A DNA stretch of 64,000 nucleotides from Raja brachyura (Eukaryota): NCBI GenBank assembly GCA_963514005.1, contig OY740784.1, forward strand, positions 94,054,001-94,118,000. Reading direction: 5' to 3'. The position numbers and the translations under genes were made by a program. The notes under the pieces were generated by a model. The model saw only the letters and a program-made list of their open reading frames with translations. It was not told the DNA's origin and did not search any database. How positions within the stretch are numbered: the first letter of the stretch is position 1; the number at the start of each line of letters is the position of its first letter. Positions 63,259-64,000 of this stretch are shown in pieces.

Positions 63259-64000
63259 TCTATACTATTACTAAAACTCTCATCTTGACTTCTTCCGGTT
63301 TGTGTTGTTTTTAAATTTACGCCAAAAACGGTACCCTATATCACTAGGATTTTTTCGCCACCTTATTCACCATTCTCCTCTGCTCCAAGGCACCACGTTT
63401 TGTTCCGATCAGTGAAATATTACAAAAGTTATTGGTCTGTTATTCGTCGGGACAGCGATGCCCCTTCAGGCACCCGTCAAGTCAATCACCAGCTCCTTCA
63501 GGAGCAGAGTGTGGGCTGTGTTCGCGGACAAGGGCGGATGGTGTTCGCGGGCGGGGGTTGTGGTCGGGAGCCGCGGAGTGAGTCCAGAGCCGGGTCCTGG
63601 TGAGGGCGGTCGGAGCCGTGACCGGGAACCGGTGAGACCACACACCCCCCTCCCCCACAACCCCCTTCCCCACAACCCCCTTCCCCCATAACCCCCTCCC
63701 CCATACCCCCCTCCCCACACCCCCCTCTCCTACACCTCCCCTCCACTACACCCCCCTACAAGCCCCCTACTCTACACACCACCTCCCCTACAGATCACCC
63801 CCCTCCCCCGCACACCCCCTCCACCAGACCGCCTCACACCCCCACTCCCACACCACCCTCCCCCACACACCATTCCCACACACTCCCCACACTCCCCCCT
63901 AGCACCTACTCCCCCAATCCACATACACCCCCGCCCCTTACCCCACAACCCCCTACCCCCTCCCCGCACAGCCCCTCACCCACACAAACACCCTCCCCCA
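63259..64000 (+). mobile_element. Non-autonomous Helitron (copy 4; runs off the window end)
   Basis: a|TCTATACTATTACTAAAACTCTCATCTTG. The first ~150 nt align with the 5' end of copy 2 (shared tatatcactaggat). C-rich tract from ~63640. Confidence 0.8.

Overview
Eukaryotic DNA, most likely from a cartilaginous fish (skate or ray; inferred from HE1-type SINEs and abundant HER1/CR1 LINEs). The only host coding sequence is two consecutive phase-0 exons of a CCDC102A/B-family coiled-coil gene (4663-4779 and 62354-62563, + strand), separated by one ~57.6-kb intron. The intron is a nested transposon graveyard: many CR1/HER1 pieces, Rex1/Babar, Penelope, a young L1 with a 15-bp TSD, a structurally complete DIRS element (ITR and ICR) carrying a U2 snRNA retrocopy, a two-LTR Gypsy element, Harbinger MITEs, a Tc1 end and four members of a non-autonomous Helitron family with variable minisatellite cargo. 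The most striking observation is a 132-bp TSD-flanked retroposon (39481-39612, minus strand). Its first 53 nt fold into a minimal HDV/CPEB3-like self-cleaving ribozyme, with the predicted cleavage site at the element's 5' boundary. All calls come from reading the sequence by eye; no database search was run, and boundaries of degraded repeats are approximate.
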